Source of the DNA: an uncultured virus (IMG/VR IMGVR_UViG_3300032797_000730)
Lineage: Duplodnaviria; Heunggongvirae; Uroviricota; Caudoviricetes
Strand: one strand, 5' to 3'
Virus record (IMG/VR): IMGVR_UViG_3300032797_000730
Length of the DNA stretch: 64,000 bases
The position numbers and the translations under genes were made by a program. The stretch's first letter is position 1; each line of letters starts with the position of its first letter. The notes under the pieces were generated by a model. The model made no database searches. It was not told the DNA's origin and was given only the letters and a program-made list of their open reading frames with translations. Of the stretch, positions 1-9,375 are shown piece by piece.

Positions 1-18
1 CTCGGGTACACGTTCATC

Positions 19-1020
19 GTGTTCCCGGACCGCGAGGGCGGCTACCCGGCCGTGTTCACCTTCCAGGCCATCACGGTCGACGCGGCCGAGCAAGAGAAGT
101 CCGAGGTCAAGGAGAAGTATGACCGCAACATGGCCGACGAGCCCTTCAAGGAGCTCTATTTCTTGAAGAAGGTGAATCAAAGCGCCATCCAGGTAACTGG
201 GCGGTACAAGGAACGCCGTACCATCGAGATCCCGCTCGCTACGGTGAAGTTCTACCATGAATACCTCCAGAGCGACATCGATAACGTTACCATCGATGCC
301 AAGCTGGTTGGCTTCCCGTTTTTCCCTGCCAGCCTGTCCTCGCTCGCATTAGAGGGCGCCTTCAAGGTAACGGGAGACTTCGAGATATCGCTACAACGCG
401 TAGCATTGGGCGGGGGCGTGTACGAGTGGCAGCGGGCGTACAAGTTCATCGAGGGATCGGCCGACCTGGAAAACAGCGACCTCTCGAACCTGGTGGCGCT
501 GATAAAAGGCGCGGTGAACGACGCCGAGCGGGAGCATGCCATCGCCGTCATCATGGAGGAGCTTCGTCGGAATGGCACGTATCTCGACATCTACAACGCG
601 AGAAACCTGCTGCGCCAGAGGGGCATCAACGATGCCCTGCTCGACGACGCTGCGATAGAGGCGGCGCTGAACGGCGTGTGCATGAAGAAGGACTACGACC
701 CCACGTACTTCCATGCCTTGAAAGATGTCCAGGAGAAAGGGACGCCCATCTACTATGGCGACCAGGGCTTCATCTTCAGGATCGAGGGGCGCTGGGTCTG
801 GGAGACCCCGAAGCCGAACACCGCGACGTACATCTTTGATGGCACGAAGCCCATCGCCGACCTGCGCTCGTTTCTCTCACGCACTTCGAGGATGGAGATA
901 CTCAAGAACGCGAGCCTGCAAAAAGAGATGGGGTACAAGGGACGTTCCATACACCCGCCCGAGGACGAGAACGGCGAGGGATTCTCCCGCTGGATGCGGG
1001 ACATACAATTCACGAGATGA
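19..1020 (+). CDS. hypothetical protein (probably 5'-truncated by window edge)
   Basis: 333-aa ORF, frame open from position 1, strong GC3 codon bias, ATGA overlap with next gene. Confidence 0.8.
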   Translation: MFPDREGGYPAVFTFQAITVDAAEQEKSEVKEKYDRNMADEPFKELYFLKKVNQSAIQVTGRYKERRTIEIPLATVKFYHEYLQSDIDNVTIDAKLVGFPFFPASLSSLALEGAFKVTGDFEISLQRVALGGGVYEWQRAYKFIEGSADLENSDLSNLVALIKGAVNDAEREHAIAVIMEELRRNGTYLDIYNARNLLRQRGINDALLDDAAIEAALNGVCMKKDYDPTYFHALKDVQEKGTPIYYGDQGFIFRIEGRWVWETPKPNTATYIFDGTKPIADLRSFLSRTSRMEILKNASLQKEMGYKGRSIHPPEDENGEGFSRWMRDIQFTR

Positions 1021-1457
1021 GTGACGTGAAAGAAACGACGATATTCGACCTCGGCTTTCTAAAAGCCAATCGCCATGTTTTTGATGATGACGAGTACATC
1101 TCGCTCGCCATCTTGGGCAAGGATGCAGGATCGTTCACCAGGAATGATTACGGCGATCTCTTCAACGGGAAATGCTCCTGCGGGAACGGGTTCCTTATAA
1201 ATTTCACGTTCGATGGCCAGGTACGCGACGAGAACCTGGACGTGATACCCGACGACAAGCTCGCGGCCGCGTTCCACTGCCCGCTCCACGGGGGAGCCGC
1301 CAGAAACAAGCCAGATCCCATCATCCTCCCTTCGTGGGCGCCCATCGAGTTGATGCGCGAGGTCCTCTTGAAAAACATCGAGATATTGAAGATATGCAAG
1401 GCCAAAGACGATGCCAAGATGGGCTACAAGCCCGTGAAAATTGAATGGGATGACTGA
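1017..1457 (+). CDS. hypothetical protein, possible Zn-binding (CSC...CPLH)
   Basis: 146 aa, ATGA-coupled to upstream ORF. Confidence 0.75.
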   Translation: MSDVKETTIFDLGFLKANRHVFDDDEYISLAILGKDAGSFTRNDYGDLFNGKCSCGNGFLINFTFDGQVRDENLDVIPDDKLAAAFHCPLHGGAARNKPDPIILPSWAPIELMREVLLKNIEILKICKAKDDAKMGYKPVKIEWDD

Positions 1458-1460
1458 ACC

Positions 1461-1682
1461 ATGGAGGACAAGCCGAAAGAAATCGAGAAAAGTGCCACAT
1501 GGCTGCGCCAGGACATAGAATCGGCACTCGCCATGCTAACAAAATGCAAGGAGAAGGACCGGAGGGCGAGGATAATGGCGCTCGTGGATAAACATGCCAA
1601 GAAATGCCTGGACGAATACCGCGCGAAGGAAGGGGATTGCAACAAGGAATGCTGCCCGAACTGGGAGGACTGCACGTTATGA
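1461..1682 (+). CDS. hypothetical protein with Cys-rich C-terminus
   Basis: 73 aa ending CNKECCPNWEDC; fits operon tiling. Confidence 0.7.
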   Translation: MEDKPKEIEKSATWLRQDIESALAMLTKCKEKDRRARIMALVDKHAKKCLDEYRAKEGDCNKECCPNWEDCTL

Positions 1683-3115
1683 CGGAAGCGAAGCAAATGA
1701 CAGCCGAAAAGGCCTACGACGAGATGCTCGATCTCTTCGAGCACCCCGAGCCCACGAATGCGTGGGTGGAAGCGTTTAACGAGGCGGCGCTCGCCCTCGA
1801 ATCGAGGGATGATAACGATGCCCCCGAGATGGAGGAGGGCGAGCAGGAGGTCACGCCTGGCGACGGGGACCCCGCGTTCAAGACGGTCGAGGATGGCGTG
1901 GGGGCACCGACGACGGCCCACCAGCTGCCCTGGATCGCGTGGCTATCAAAAGGGAAAATATACGTGGCGAGCCCGCCGATCAACCTCGGGATCGGCTCGT
2001 TCAGGCTCACGCTGGACGTGATGGACCCGCATCATGGCGAGGGCGACCCCCACATCAACGCGCACTGCATCCCGTGCAATGACCTGGGCGAGATGCTGGC
2101 CAAGCCGGGCAGCTCGAACACGGCTTGCCTGCTCATCACGCCCGACGCGGGGCCCGCCATGATATTCGCGGGATGGGACTTCGTGGCGAGGGAAGGCGTG
2201 GAGGGCGCGCTGGAAGCAGGTGCGATCACCAAGACCTGGGTGGACGTGGTATCGGCCAAGGTTCCCTGCAAGGATTTACCCCCCGAGGAGGAGGCGCACG
2301 CCATGAAGATGCTCCAGGTATATGCCAGGGAGCGTGACCTGGAAAACGCCATCGTGATGTATAGAAAGGTGCTCAAGGGGCGCAGCCAGCCATGCAGGGC
2401 CATGGCCAACGCTTATAACAAGATCGGGTTCTACCTGTACATCGTGAACGGCGAGCAGGTAGAAAACCGCTACCATGGCGGTGACGCGTGGGGGAACGAG
2501 ATCGGTGGCGTGCGGCACAAGATGGCCAACACCACGCCCGGCATGTTCAAGAAGTGGCTGCTGAACGGCGCGCCACTTGATGGCTCGTATTTCCGCGGCT
2601 TGATGACCAAGGCCGAGAACCAGGTATATCCAGCCCCGGATGAAATGGTGCAGGCCAGGAACCTGCGAAACGGCCACGCGAGCGCGGTGAACAGCTTCCC
2701 GCCAGGGCTCGGGATACCGCCACGGCTCGTGCCCGAGGAGTTCTACGCTTGCAAGCCGATGGGCGTGCAGCTCTCGCCATCCGAGCGCAACAACAGGGGA
2801 GCGGCGATAAGGGAAGCCCTCAAGGAGATCAGCAGGAGCAGCGGCGCGCTCAGGGGCGACATCGGCATGTACACCAAAGGCTTGATAATGCTGGAGAAAG
2901 GGGGCCGTTGCCATAACAAGGGCTTCCATGCCATCTACGTGTACGAGTTTTTCATCTTCGATCCCGAAACGGGGAAGCACGTGGAAGGCTCGTATTCGAC
3001 CATTCATCACCACGACACGGCATACTTCAGCCATGCTTGTGGTGATCACCATGACAACATCTTCTCGGGAAATCGAGCCGGATGGGCCCACGCGAGGCGT
3101 TTTTGGCCGAGTTGA
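1679..3115 (+). CDS. hypothetical protein (478 aa)
   Basis: Long ORF; likely start ATG 1679 (ATGA overlap); contains PHINAHCIPC segment. Confidence 0.8.
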   Translation: MTEAKQMTAEKAYDEMLDLFEHPEPTNAWVEAFNEAALALESRDDNDAPEMEEGEQEVTPGDGDPAFKTVEDGVGAPTTAHQLPWIAWLSKGKIYVASPPINLGIGSFRLTLDVMDPHHGEGDPHINAHCIPCNDLGEMLAKPGSSNTACLLITPDAGPAMIFAGWDFVAREGVEGALEAGAITKTWVDVVSAKVPCKDLPPEEEAHAMKMLQVYARERDLENAIVMYRKVLKGRSQPCRAMANAYNKIGFYLYIVNGEQVENRYHGGDAWGNEIGGVRHKMANTTPGMFKKWLLNGAPLDGSYFRGLMTKAENQVYPAPDEMVQARNLRNGHASAVNSFPPGLGIPPRLVPEEFYACKPMGVQLSPSERNNRGAAIREALKEISRSSGALRGDIGMYTKGLIMLEKGGRCHNKGFHAIYVYEFFIFDPETGKHVEGSYSTIHHHDTAYFSHACGDHHDNIFSGNRAGWAHARRFWPS

Positions 3116-3143
3116 AGGCGGCCGGGAAGGCCCGGCCGGGACG

Positions 3144-3158
3144 AAAAGGTTAAAAAGG
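3144..3158 (+). promoter_or_regulatory. putative archaeal BRE/TATA promoter, preceded by GC hairpin 3119-3138
   Basis: AAAAGGTTAAAAAGG in an intergenic gap, similar to the motifs at 13085 and 56347; CGGCCGGG-AAGG-CCCGGCCG hairpin upstream. Confidence 0.45.
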
Positions 3159-3240
3159 TGGAAAACGTGAAAAATGTTGAAATGAGTGAAAACGACAAAC
3201 TCGAGACGCAGATCACTGACGTGCTGGAGGGCGAGCGACC

Positions 3241-4116
3241 ATGAGCCCCGACACGATAGATTGGGAGCAGCATTCACCCAAGGAATGCGCCGAGGAGATA
3301 CATCGGCTGCGGGCGCAACTCGCCGAGGCATATTCAGTGTTCTGCGAAGCGGACCCGAGCGAGTTCGAGGACAACGCCCAGCAGTTGGATTGGTTCAACC
3401 GGCTCGACAAGTTGTTGAAGGGTGCCGCGCCGCCCGCTGCCCACGAACCTGTTCTGCATCCAGATCGGGTGCAGGAAACCGACAGTCTTGTCGTCCAACC
3501 CGGCGGCGTGTGGGAGAAGCCCGCTGCCGCCCCCGCGCCCCTCGCGGCCGCGAACGTGGAGATGGCACGCGCCGGCTTCGAGGCGATGGCGTCGTTCGTG
3601 AAACAGCACGAGAAACCCGCTGCCCCCCGAGCCCCTGGGCACGTGTTCGGCACGCACATCGTCGAAAAGACTGCCCCGGCCGCCCCTATTAAGCTCACGG
3701 TTGCTACCATTCGCCGGATAGATCAAGAGAACGAGATGCGACGGGCAAACGTTGAACCGTATCCGTCAACGATTTCTGGAGGCGTACTCACGAAAAGGAG
3801 CAATTCCTTTGGAACCCCGGCTGCCCCCGCGCCCCGGCCCGACGCGTTTCAACAGTGCTCCAATACCGAGTGCAAGGAAAACATGCGCGGGAAATGCACG
3901 TCACTATTGCGCCTGTGGTACACGACGTGCAAGGACGAGCCCGCCCCGGCCGCCCCGAATACCCCGGCCCCGGCTGGTGCGCAAAACCTGGGCGGTCCTG
4001 GCGAGGTCGGTAATGCCGGGGACGGGAAAGCGGCCGCGGGCGACAGCGAGGAGCTCATCGACAAGCATTATCGATCCGTTAACAGGAAGAAGGCCATGAA
4101 GGAGGGCAGGTATTGA
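3241..4116 (+). CDS. hypothetical Pro/Ala-rich protein with small Cys module
   Basis: 291 aa; repeated KPAAAPAP/TPAAPAP linkers; CSNTEC..GKC..C. Confidence 0.75.
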   Translation: MSPDTIDWEQHSPKECAEEIHRLRAQLAEAYSVFCEADPSEFEDNAQQLDWFNRLDKLLKGAAPPAAHEPVLHPDRVQETDSLVVQPGGVWEKPAAAPAPLAAANVEMARAGFEAMASFVKQHEKPAAPRAPGHVFGTHIVEKTAPAAPIKLTVATIRRIDQENEMRRANVEPYPSTISGGVLTKRSNSFGTPAAPAPRPDAFQQCSNTECKENMRGKCTSLLRLWYTTCKDEPAPAAPNTPAPAGAQNLGGPGEVGNAGDGKAAAGDSEELIDKHYRSVNRKKAMKEGRY

Positions 4117-4394
4117 TGGAAGCACTGGTGCCTGGGAAAATACCCGTGGGGCTCCTGGAGATCATAATGGCCATGGACGACGCTGCCAAGACCACGCGGG
4201 AACTGCACGGGGCGAGCAAGATAGGGAACACGACGTTGCGAGAGTTCCTCAAGAAATCGATGGCCGAGGAGAACGTGGACTGCTGGCGGGCGAGTACCTC
4301 GACGAGAGGACGCCCCCCGATGCACTGGTTTCTCACGGCCAAGGGAAAGCTGGTGCTGAAACAACTACGAGGCGAAAAACATGAAGGACAATGA
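4116..4394 (+). CDS. winged-helix DNA-binding protein
   Basis: TTRELHGASKIGNTTLREFLKK...WFLTAKG matches wHTH (HxlR/MarR-like) pattern. Confidence 0.7.
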   Translation: MEALVPGKIPVGLLEIIMAMDDAAKTTRELHGASKIGNTTLREFLKKSMAEENVDCWRASTSTRGRPPMHWFLTAKGKLVLKQLRGEKHEGQ

Positions 4395-4587
4395 CAAGAT
4401 GTTCAAGGTGCCTTGCGAAAAGTGCGGGCACGAGGTGGAGGTGAACCTTTCAAGGGATGCCCCTGATGTTGAAGAGGCGGTGAATGCTTTCACGGCCCTC
4501 CTCAAGATTTGGGCCAAGGAAGGCCTCACCGAGGATCTTGACACGGAAATGAACAGGCTCCACGAGCAGTTCGGTGACCTGTCGTGA
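4381..4587 (+). CDS. small protein with CxxC motif
   Basis: VPCEKCGHEV; 68 aa, coupled overlaps. Confidence 0.7.
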   Translation: MKDNDKMFKVPCEKCGHEVEVNLSRDAPDVEEAVNAFTALLKIWAKEGLTEDLDTEMNRLHEQFGDLS

Positions 4588-4775
4588 GAAAGGCGTGGTC
4601 GATCATCGCGCTCGCGGCGATCCTCATGGGCACTGGCATCACCATCGGGGGAGAGAAAGGGGTGATGATCTTTGTCATGGGATTCATTCTCGGCTGCTTC
4701 TCGTTCTGTGCCCTGGCAATGACAACGCACGACGAGAACGAGGAGGAAGAACTGCATCTATATCATGGTGATTGA
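4584..4775 (+). CDS. small membrane protein (2 TM)
   Basis: Two hydrophobic segments and acidic tail; GTGA overlap. Confidence 0.7.
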   Translation: MRKAWSIIALAAILMGTGITIGGEKGVMIFVMGFILGCFSFCALAMTTHDENEEEELHLYHGD

Positions 4776-4776
4776 C

Positions 4777-4983
4777 ATGGGAACATTCCTTGACGATTTG
4801 ATGTGCCCTAAATGCAAGGTATATCTCAAGACCGACGGGAAGGTGGTGGTGCTCGGGTGCGACGTGGATAGGCGCCGCGTGAACGTGCAGCGCTGCCCCA
4901 GATGTGGCCTGGAGGTATATGCGAACATGGGCAAGAAAAGCATGGCCCCGTGGCCAGTGGACGTGGAAGTGAACGAGCTATGA
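4777..4983 (+). CDS. zinc-ribbon protein
   Basis: CPKC...CPRC; GGTGA SD upstream of ATG 4777. Confidence 0.75.
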   Translation: MGTFLDDLMCPKCKVYLKTDGKVVVLGCDVDRRRVNVQRCPRCGLEVYANMGKKSMAPWPVDVEVNEL

Positions 4984-5147
4984 GGGAGATCGACAAGAAG
5001 AAATACCGCGCCAGGTGGTGCCAGGAATGGTGCACCAGGTGCAAGAACTACGGGACTGACGCGTGCCTGGAATGCGGGTCCGAGAAATACACGGACACGA
5101 AAGGGATGGAGCATAACGCCCGCCCGGAACATTTCGAGGAGGAGTGA
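4980..5147 (+). CDS. small Cys-rich protein
   Basis: WCQEWCTRC...CLEC; ATGA overlap. Confidence 0.7.
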   Translation: MREIDKKKYRARWCQEWCTRCKNYGTDACLECGSEKYTDTKGMEHNARPEHFEEE

Positions 5148-5148
5148 C

Positions 5149-6018
5149 GTGAAGGCATACATAGCGAACGGCTGCGTGTTGCACGCGGTCGACAAGAGAT
5201 ATGACATGATAGTGGAAATCGACGGGAAGGAGGTAAAGGGCGAGCTGCCCCAGGCAATAGGCACGGGGGAGCACGCCTTCAAGGCATGGCTCGTCACGAG
5301 CAAGCTGGACCACTACGAGAAGGATTCCAATCGCATCTCCATCGAGGAGTACGAGAAAAGGAGAGGGGAATGCCTTGCCATCGGCCCGGACGAGAATGGC
5401 GTGGAATATGTCTCCCTGGAGAAGGAGTTCGAGTGGCGCAAGTTTAGTGAAGGCCTCGAGCCCGTGCACGTGGAGGCCCGCGTGGACGAGCCCGTCGAGG
5501 CGATCAACTTCACCACGGTCCTTGACTGTGGCCCCCACATCAAATGTATCAAGTCATTCGATCGGGTACCCCTCGAGCTCTTGGAGAAAGGAATGTATTT
5601 CACCTACGAGCCGGACGCGGGCATCCTGCTCGCCGAGGGGGCAAAAAAGGCGGGCCTCGATCCGGGCGCCATTAAGCATGACAAGAATGATCTCTTCGCC
5701 CTTAGATACTCGTCATACAAGGAGCGCTATCCTTTCGACCGGAACGACTGCCTTGGTAGCGGCGAGTACATCTCCCTTGATGAAGCCAGGGCCCGCCAGG
5801 CCCGAGACGAAAAGTTGATCCATGAGCAACTACTCGCCATGAAAGCGAGATATTTCAACAAGAAGGACATCCCCGCTGGTGAAGCGGTCCGGGAGATCGA
5901 GCACATCGAGAACCTCGTCCTGGATATCAAGACATCGAGCACGAGAGCCGGTGCGGACAAGGCAGCAGCCCTGCAATACCTGCGAGCCAAGAAAAAAGAA
6001 TGGAGTGAAGGAGCATGA
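5149..6018 (+). CDS. hypothetical protein
   Basis: 289 aa, GTG start after GAGGAG, typical codon usage. Confidence 0.8.
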   Translation: MKAYIANGCVLHAVDKRYDMIVEIDGKEVKGELPQAIGTGEHAFKAWLVTSKLDHYEKDSNRISIEEYEKRRGECLAIGPDENGVEYVSLEKEFEWRKFSEGLEPVHVEARVDEPVEAINFTTVLDCGPHIKCIKSFDRVPLELLEKGMYFTYEPDAGILLAEGAKKAGLDPGAIKHDKNDLFALRYSSYKERYPFDRNDCLGSGEYISLDEARARQARDEKLIHEQLLAMKARYFNKKDIPAGEAVREIEHIENLVLDIKTSSTRAGADKAAALQYLRAKKKEWSEGA

Positions 6019-6200
6019 GCGAAGCACCCCCGAAGAGAAAGGCTGCCATCTTGAGGCTGCCCCTGGAGAAGGTGACGTGGTTGAAGTCGCGGATCATCGC
6101 CGCGATCAAGGCCACGCCCTCCGACGGCGAGGCCGACGCGTGGATCGACATCTACAACCAGCTGAAGGAGGCCGAGAAGTACCCCGTGGATGGGGATTAG
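6015..6200 (+). CDS. hypothetical protein
   Basis: 61 aa, ATGA overlap. Confidence 0.7.
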   Translation: MSEAPPKRKAAILRLPLEKVTWLKSRIIAAIKATPSDGEADAWIDIYNQLKEAEKYPVDGD

Positions 6201-6201
6201 A

Positions 6202-6342
6202 ATGGACGTGCGGAAGCTCGAAGCGTTCACCCGGTGCCCGCATTGCGGCACGGGGTCGTCCATCGCGTGGCTTGACAAGGACGGCACGATCCGGTGCCTG
6301 GCCTGCAAGGCCCCGCTACCTGGCGCAAAGATGAAGGCATGA
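6202..6342 (+). CDS. small zinc-ribbon protein (not in ORF track)
   Basis: MDVRKLEAFTRCPHCG...RCLACKAP, 46 aa, fills gap. Confidence 0.7.
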   Translation: MDVRKLEAFTRCPHCGTGSSIAWLDKDGTIRCLACKAPLPGAKMKA

Positions 6343-6470
6343 AAAACAAGAAGGCCATCAAGGCAGGCGTGGACTGCAGCCGCGCATACGTGCGAGGCGG
6401 CGTCGTGTACTGCTGGCTCACGAGCACGACCTGCGAGTCGACAAAAAACAGGGGGATGTGCAAGAAATGA
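6339..6470 (+). CDS. small Cys-rich protein (not in ORF track)
   Basis: MKNKKAIKAGVDCSR...YCWLTSTTCE...MCKK; ATGA overlaps on both sides. Confidence 0.65.
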   Translation: MKNKKAIKAGVDCSRAYVRGGVVYCWLTSTTCESTKNRGMCKK

Positions 6471-6877
6471 GCGAGAAAACGATAAAGGGCATCCGCACGA
6501 GCTCGATGCCCGCGAACACGAAGGATTGGAAGGGCCATAAAAAAGAAGTGGTGGCCCTTGGTTACGAGTTCCACGTGTACAAGGACATGGGCGAGTGGAT
6601 CAGGCTCGTCGGCGGCCCGACGGGGTACGAGGAGGCCGAGGTGAAGTCCCTGGCCAAGTGGGCTTTCTCTTGGAAAACGAGGCTGCACCTCGACCGGCGG
6701 CAAGTTTGGGTGGCGTGCTGGGGTACCAGGGCCACGAGCTGCCCGCCAGAGCCCCCGAGCGAGGATAATGGCGGGATGGGCGTTCCTGGCGGATTTAGCT
6801 ACGGGTACGACAAGCTGGACATCCCGGCGAGCGAGATCCGCAGGGTGTTCAAGTTAGAGGGAAAGGTGGTGAAATGA
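6467..6877 (+). CDS. hypothetical protein
   Basis: ATG 6467 coupled to upstream stop. Confidence 0.75.
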   Translation: MSEKTIKGIRTSSMPANTKDWKGHKKEVVALGYEFHVYKDMGEWIRLVGGPTGYEEAEVKSLAKWAFSWKTRLHLDRRQVWVACWGTRATSCPPEPPSEDNGGMGVPGGFSYGYDKLDIPASEIRRVFKLEGKVVK

Positions 6878-6878
6878 G

Positions 6879-7085
6879 ATGATGTACACTGCGACGGAGG
6901 CCTTCGAGGCCCCAAACATAATGGAACTATCGAACGTGATAAGCCACTTCTTGGATGACCTGTACAAGAGGCATACCATCGTGAGGGTGGTGCATTCGTA
7001 CACGACGTTGATGCGGCCCCCTCATGGGCACGTCAATGAGAGGTGCTTCCAGACGATGATCATCTACGAGTACGGGACGATGTGA
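6879..7085 (+). CDS. hypothetical protein
   Basis: 68 aa, SD GGTGA upstream. Confidence 0.7.
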   Translation: MMYTATEAFEAPNIMELSNVISHFLDDLYKRHTIVRVVHSYTTLMRPPHGHVNERCFQTMIIYEYGTM

Positions 7086-7150
7086 ATGGCCAAACATGAC
7101 GTTTTTAAAGACTTCGCTGATGGCTGCTGTGGATCTTATAAAATGACGAG

Positions 7151-7813
7151 ATGGTGAAAAAAACGACAGAAAAGATAACTGCGAGGGACGTGGCCCTTGG
7201 GGTGCTCAAATCTACCGGGTGCCCAATGACGGCCGCTCAGATATACGCCGAGAGCAAGGCTATGAAGATGGAATGGATATCGGAGGCCGAGTACCCGGCA
7301 GCGGTGATAAATTCCCTCATGGTGAGGGATGTGAGGACAAAAGGGGCGGCGTCCGACTTCATAAAGGTATCATCGGAACCTAACACATGGGCCCTCAACA
7401 CGGATAAGAGAAGAGCAGAGGCCCCTTCCAAGGAGGCGGTAATACCGATAACGGACGCGCCGACCGCCAAGAAAGTGATCAACATCGTCCAGAGGATCAA
7501 CATCAAGAAGCTTGGCATAGAGAACGAGCACGAGCTGGAACTCGTTATGTGGGGCGCGATGTGCGGCCGGTGGCCCGACTGGATAAAGTGGCGCAAGAGT
7601 TTCGGAGGGCGGACGTGTGACGTGGGGCTCTCTGATGTGGCAGTGGAGATGAAATACATAAAATCCATGGCAGATAAGGACCGCCTCGTGGGGCAGGTAC
7701 TTGACTATCTTAAAGACGTGGACGAGGTAGTCGTGGTCGCCATCGATGAGAAGGGGCTCCTCAAGGAATCTCCACTCAAGGATTTTGACAATGTATTCAT
7801 GGTAGTAATGTAA
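7151..7813 (+). CDS. HARE-HTH domain plus PD-(D/E)XK restriction-endonuclease-like protein
   Basis: N-term ARDVALGVLK..PMTAAQI...SDFIKV..NTWAL (HB1/ASXL/restriction endonuclease HTH); C-term E..CD......VEMK...GQVLDY nuclease motifs. Confidence 0.7.
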   Translation: MVKKTTEKITARDVALGVLKSTGCPMTAAQIYAESKAMKMEWISEAEYPAAVINSLMVRDVRTKGAASDFIKVSSEPNTWALNTDKRRAEAPSKEAVIPITDAPTAKKVINIVQRINIKKLGIENEHELELVMWGAMCGRWPDWIKWRKSFGGRTCDVGLSDVAVEMKYIKSMADKDRLVGQVLDYLKDVDEVVVVAIDEKGLLKESPLKDFDNVFMVVM

Positions 7814-7819
7814 AAAATT

Positions 7820-8947
7820 TTACTTTTTTACCCAGTCGAGCACCCACTCTTTTGTTATCTGGCGGGGGGCATACTTGCGAGTGGGATCGATGACCCGCTC
7901 CACGTCCTCGCAGCACACCAATCCTATGCGGGACAGGATGCTGCGGGTCTCGGTGACCCAATCGTCAGAACAGCTGGGCGCCACCACGACCACGCAGTGG
8001 CCGCCAGGCTTCAAGTAGCTGCAGATACGATCCATGTAGACGTTGAGCTCGGCCGTGCTCTGGATGAACTTGGAGGGCTCGGGGGAGGGCTCGGTGAAGA
8101 AGAACAGGTGCGTGAACTTGTGGACCTCGGGATAGTTCACGACGCGCTGGAGCTTCCCGTAGGGAGGGGACGTGACGATCAGGTCGACGGGCGGCTCCCT
8201 GCTGCTGTATATCTGTGCCCAAGATGAAGCATCAGGCGAGTTTATTATCACGGGGAACACGCCGTTGCGATAGTTGAAGGGCTTGTCGAACACGCTGGAC
8301 TTGCCGTCGTACATGCGATAGTAGTCCAGGAATGAATCCCTCGTGCGCTTCACGTAGGCCCTGAAGATGTCGATGAAGTCATGGCGTTCCTCTCGCCCCT
8401 TCTCCCAATGGCTGGCCTGGATCATGGCGCTCGCCACCCTCGAAAGGCACTGGCCCGCGCAGATCTTCAAGAAGTCTTTACCGTACCCGTCGGGCAGCTT
8501 GAAGATGGCGGTGCGGACGGCCATGACCTGGCCGACTGCCTCGGCCGAGAAGTAGTTGTACCGGCCCTTCTCGTTCTTGCACGTGAGCTCGGGTATCATC
8601 CAGGGCTCGGCGTCTCGCACATCTGGATGCAACAATTCCTCTTCGGTAAAGGAGATGGCCTCGTGAAACTCGCGGACCGTGTACTCGTGGGTCTTTACCC
8701 GGCACAGGGCGAACGAGACGGGCATGATGTCGACGTGTATGGGCAGGCAGCCATGGAGCTTGGCTTCCACGGCAGTGGTGCCGCTGCCCCCGAAGGGGTC
8801 CATGACTACTTGAGGGTTGTACTTCTCGATAAAGAAGCGGGGAATTTGGGGAATAAAACGGGCGGGGTATGAATAGATGCCATGAACCCCGTAGTTCGTG
8901 ACCTCGCCCGTGAAATCAAGGTTTGTCGTCATTTTAATCCTGTCCAT
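7820..8947 (-). CDS. DNA N4-cytosine (amino) methyltransferase
   Basis: HGIYSYPARF, DPFGGSGTT (SAM-binding), TSPPY (catalytic motif typical of m4C enzymes). Confidence 0.9.
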   Translation of the reverse strand: MDRIKMTTNLDFTGEVTNYGVHGIYSYPARFIPQIPRFFIEKYNPQVVMDPFGGSGTTAVEAKLHGCLPIHVDIMPVSFALCRVKTHEYTVREFHEAISFTEEELLHPDVRDAEPWMIPELTCKNEKGRYNYFSAEAVGQVMAVRTAIFKLPDGYGKDFLKICAGQCLSRVASAMIQASHWEKGREERHDFIDIFRAYVKRTRDSFLDYYRMYDGKSSVFDKPFNYRNGVFPVIINSPDASSWAQIYSSREPPVDLIVTSPPYGKLQRVVNYPEVHKFTHLFFFTEPSPEPSKFIQSTAELNVYMDRICSYLKPGGHCVVVVAPSCSDDWVTETRSILSRIGLVCCEDVERVIDPTRKYAPRQITKEWVLDWVKK

Positions 8948-9143
8948 ATTTTCTACGATGGGCCTTCACACGGTAGTCGTCGGCGTGCAAGCTGCGCCAC
9001 TTGCTATAATAAAAATACACCGTGCCCCTGTTCATGTGGAGGGCACGGACAACGGCGCGGGGCTTCGGGAGGGGCAGGCCCGCCTTCTCGGCGGCGAGGA
9101 ACTGGTCAAGGTACCGGAACACCTTGCCCCTCTTGATGGCCAT
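8934..9143 (-). CDS. small HTH-like DNA-binding protein
   Basis: PRAVVRALHMNRGTVYFYYSKW resembles an HTH; start may be GTG 9152. Confidence 0.6.
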   Translation of the reverse strand: MAIKRGKVFRYLDQFLAAEKAGLPLPKPRAVVRALHMNRGTVYFYYSKWRSLHADDYRVKAHRRKYGQD

Positions 9144-9153
9144 CCAGGGCACG

Positions 9154-9375
9154 CTACTCTCCCTCCGGGGGAGACACGGGGCCGTCGTATTCCTCGGCAG
9201 GTTCCTCGCCAATAAAGGCGCCCATGAGCTCGCGCATGGCACGGCTCAGCTCGCGGACCTTGCGGGCACGGAGCACGCCCTCGGCGCCGAACACGTCCTT
9301 GCACGCCTCGATGTCCCGTTCCAGCTGCGCGGAGAGGAGCTCGATGGCATTGGGGGCAGGTGGCTCGCCGCTCAT
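9154..9375 (-). CDS. hypothetical protein
   Basis: 73 aa, ATGA overlap with NDT gene. Confidence 0.7.
   Translation of the reverse strand: MSGEPPAPNAIELLSAQLERDIEACKDVFGAEGVLRARKVRELSRAMRELMGAFIGEEPAEEYDGPVSPPEGE

Noticed and set aside
3500..3980. GC-rich CCCGC/GCCCC short repeats
   Set aside because: Explained by Pro/Ala linker coding; irregular spacing, not an array
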